The position numbers were made by a program, and so were the translations under genes. This document shows positions 60,934-64,000 of a stretch of 64,000 nucleotides of DNA, one piece after another. This DNA is from Podarcis bocagei (lineage: Eukaryota). Under the pieces are notes generated by a model. The model was not told the DNA's origin, made no database searches, and worked only from the letters and a program-made list of their open reading frames with translations. How positions within the stretch are numbered: the first letter of the stretch is position 1; every line of letters starts with the position of its first letter. The DNA is taken from assembly GCA_964188305.1 (NCBI GenBank), contig OZ076887.1; one strand, written 5' to 3'.

Positions 60934-62321
60934 GTTTAGACTGAGACTGGGAAAGTAGCCATAGTTTACTGTTAGTCTATATTGATACCATCTGTGAGCC
61001 AGCTAGGGTTTTCAGAGCTGTGCTCTACAGTGCAGCAGTGGCTAAACTGCTTTGGCCCAAGGGCTGCATTGACGGTCAACCACCCCGCTAAGGGTTATAT
61101 GCCAGTGGCGTGCATAGATGACATATTCACATTTGTATACACACACTCTATACACACCCCCTCACCACAACGCATACACAACGCACATATATACTCTCAC
61201 TAGACATGATGGTCTCTTGTCTCTCTCTCTGAAATATATGCATTCATACACTCTCACATATAAACACATGCACACACAGGTGCAGTCACATAACCAACAT
61301 TTCCATGTCTGTCCACTCCAGGTGGCTGAAAACACTGCCTTTTACTTTGCAGAGTAAGCAGCTGTATTTCTCTCCACCCCACTTCAGCGCTGGAATGAAG
61401 GTAGGTAGAAATGCTGCCTTCTACTCTTAAAGAGCAGGCAGGGGGTATTTCTGATGTTAGAAGAGCCTTCTGCCTGCTCTTTATTTCTAGAGAGCAGCCA
61501 TAGATTTCAGAGGGGCTCTCTGTAGCTGCCAGTCAGCCAATCAGTATTTACAGCAAGCCTCTTTGAAGACACGCTCCAAGGAACAATCAGCTGCTTGGTG
61601 CTGAAAGTACATCTTCAAAGGAGGTTGCCAAATCCACCAATCAGTTGATTGGCAGATACAGCTACCTCCTTTCAGATTTAACAGGTACCAATCACCTGAT
61701 GTCATTATGAGTGGGTGCTCCTTCCCACCTGTCCAAGATGGCCTGCAGGGATTGAGGGAATTAGGAATCCAAATCACCATCCAGATTCAGCTCCCTATCC
61801 CTGAAACAGTTGCTTGCTGAGTATATTTAAATGCCACATCTATTCAAATACTGGTTTTCTTTTCACAATTTAAGCAGGTTCATTTTTGTTCTATCTAGGG
61901 TTTTTAACATGCATTTTAAGTGAATATTATTTTTAATTCACAGAGGGTCTTAAACTGTGCCTAGCAAGCCCCCTCACACCAAAACTGATGCAACATATCT
62001 TCAACAGCACTCAAATGCCACCACTAAGGCAGGAATGAAAATAGAAGTAACATGACAAGAGCCATAGGGACTTTAGTAAAAAGAAAACGAAAGCTCATAT
62101 TTGTGCATGAATGCTCTTCCTTGGTCTGCAGTCATCGACACAGCCAAAGTTGAGGAATTGGGTCAAGAAAGAGTTCATGCTTTCATGGGCTGTCCCACCC
62201 TGTACTGTTAGGAAGACAGGAGTTTTCTCATTCCTGCATAATACTTGTTGTGAAACATTATTCTGGTCTTCATAACCCTTCAGTGTTATAAGTACTACAC
62301 TTCAAAGTTTTAATACTTTAC

Positions 62322-62819
62322 CTCAGTTTCAGACGGTAGTGGCAGATTAGCTCTAGATGGCTGCTTGGTCCTCGATGCTTTTGGTAGCCTTTTAGCTGGC
62401 AAAATATGTTGATTTGGCATAATTTTACTACTTGATAAAACTGAATAATGTCTATTTGGTATATCTGTAAATTTTCTCATACACTTTGCATTGTGCTTGA
62501 AACTTGTGTTTTTAAGAGCACAAAATTGTTCCCTGTGTGGTGGACAAACATGCATACTCAAATAATTCACAGTCTTTGCTGCAATAGGAACGTTAGCTTG
62601 TGGTCTCTGCCATTCCTTGGCTTGCACACAAAGCCTGCTTAAGCAAGAAGTTGTTGCCTCTGGAATGCACATACTGATGGATCTACATGCTAATAAAGAA
62701 TTGCTTGACACCCCTTGAAGATTGTTGCTTGATGCTGAAAGCCCATATTTATGCAAGTGTTGGCAGTCGCTTGTTTTGTGTGAAGATCTAGCCAGGAATC
62801 TCAGTAGTTTAGTTGCCAT
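62322..62819 (-). CDS. RMND1: RMND1 coding exon 1 (ATG; mitochondrial presequence-like N-terminus)
   Basis: Acceptor ctctcattcag| 14 nt before the ATG. MATKLLRFLARSSH... is basic/Ser-rich and ends KASRTKQPSRANLPLPSETE|gtaaag; 498 nt. Confidence 0.88.
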
Positions 62820-64000
62820 CTTTTCACTGTGTCCTGAATGAGAGAGTTATAGTGCATCAACTTTCTGACAAGGAGCAATATTTATCATTTTATAAAAACA
62901 GTTCTGCACTACAGCAAGTCAATCACATCAATAATAGGGCTCGTTCTGCATTCATAGGCTCAGCTTCAAATGAAGCAAGCAAGGAAGACTGCAGCAATAC
63001 ATTTACTTTACCCACCACAGCAACATAATGGCCAAACACGGGGTCAGATCAAAATATTCTCATCAAAATATCTGTTCTCAAACATATTAAAATTTGGTTA
63101 ACGGCAAACAGGGAGATGCATCTTTATTCCTTTTAGCATAACTTTAACCAGCCAAAGGTAAATAGTGCAGTCTATACTCAACAGAATCTGTGAGTCAGCC
63201 AATGACTAAGACAGTGAGTGTTCAGTTTCACCAACTGGGGAGCAGGATAGGCTAATAAATTAGACACATCATACACTGAAACACATTGAATAGCATGGTA
63301 CTCTGACTGAATAAGGTCAAAATGTATTCCTTAGACCCTAGGTTCTTAGATTGTGGTGTGGCATAGGGCACCTAAAGGAAAATTATTTGGGAATGGCCCT
63401 ACAGTAGCTGGGGTCCACTAGTGAAGGTTTGGCATTTCAGTCACCTCTGCCTTCATGTAGATGGCACAACTTTGCTGTGAGGTGTGAGGAGATGAAGTTA
63501 TAGTGACAGAAGCTCATATGACACTTTCCACTTCTCCTCATCCCTGCAGGTGAGACTTGGCTCTGCTCAATGTACAGATGGAGGAGCTACTGCCATATTA
63601 CCTAGCTTCAGGCCACATAAACACAGCTTTGTGAAAGAACTAGGCACTTGCCTGCATAAAGATTGTCAGCGCTGAGCTGGGTGGAATGGAATTACGGTAA
63701 CTGAGAAGCAGAACCCAGTTCCAAGAGCTTGAGAAGTGCTGCCTTAATGGTCTATCTTGCATTTGACTGTCACTCACATGATCGTTCCCCCTACAACTGC
63801 CGGATATCTCAACACAGGTCCAATCTTTCCTTCACTGCAGAATTTTCTCCCTCAGGCCAGGCCATTCCTGCACCAATCATATTAGTATTATTTGGATCAG
63901 AAAAAGCTGGACTCCGGGGCCCCCAGGAACTACAGGATACATGGGAAATGCCCAGGAATCATGGGAGCCGTAGGGCCTCAGTATATTCCCAGCCTTGCCC

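Overview
Vertebrate nuclear DNA from a squamate reptile (Sauria SINEs, a BovB fragment and squamate-type MITEs; a lacertid lizard is a plausible inference). It carries the conserved AKAP12(+) / ZBTB2(-) / RMND1(-) gene block. AKAP12: an alpha-isoform coding exon (230-347), the beta-isoform first coding exon MLGTITLT (5849-5873), a 7.1-kb exon (13194-20301) and a non-coding last exon from 22460. The predicted beta protein is 2374 aa, far longer than in mammals, and includes a degenerate 9-aa-periodic acidic region. ZBTB2: complete 512-aa CDS in two exons, plus a CpG-island promoter (~36600-38400). RMND1: all 11 coding exons (447 aa). The most striking feature is a young, 5'-truncated Penelope-like retroelement in a (TA)n tract of ZBTB2 intron 2. 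It has an open GIY-YIG endonuclease frame and two 482-bp inverted arms, each carrying a minimal hammerhead-ribozyme motif; one motif lies on the ZBTB2 pre-mRNA strand. Many hAT and Tc1/mariner-type MITEs, SINEs and LINE remnants are present, including a composite hAT element with nested or captured sequence. All coordinates were read by eye, and family assignments are from recall, not database searches.
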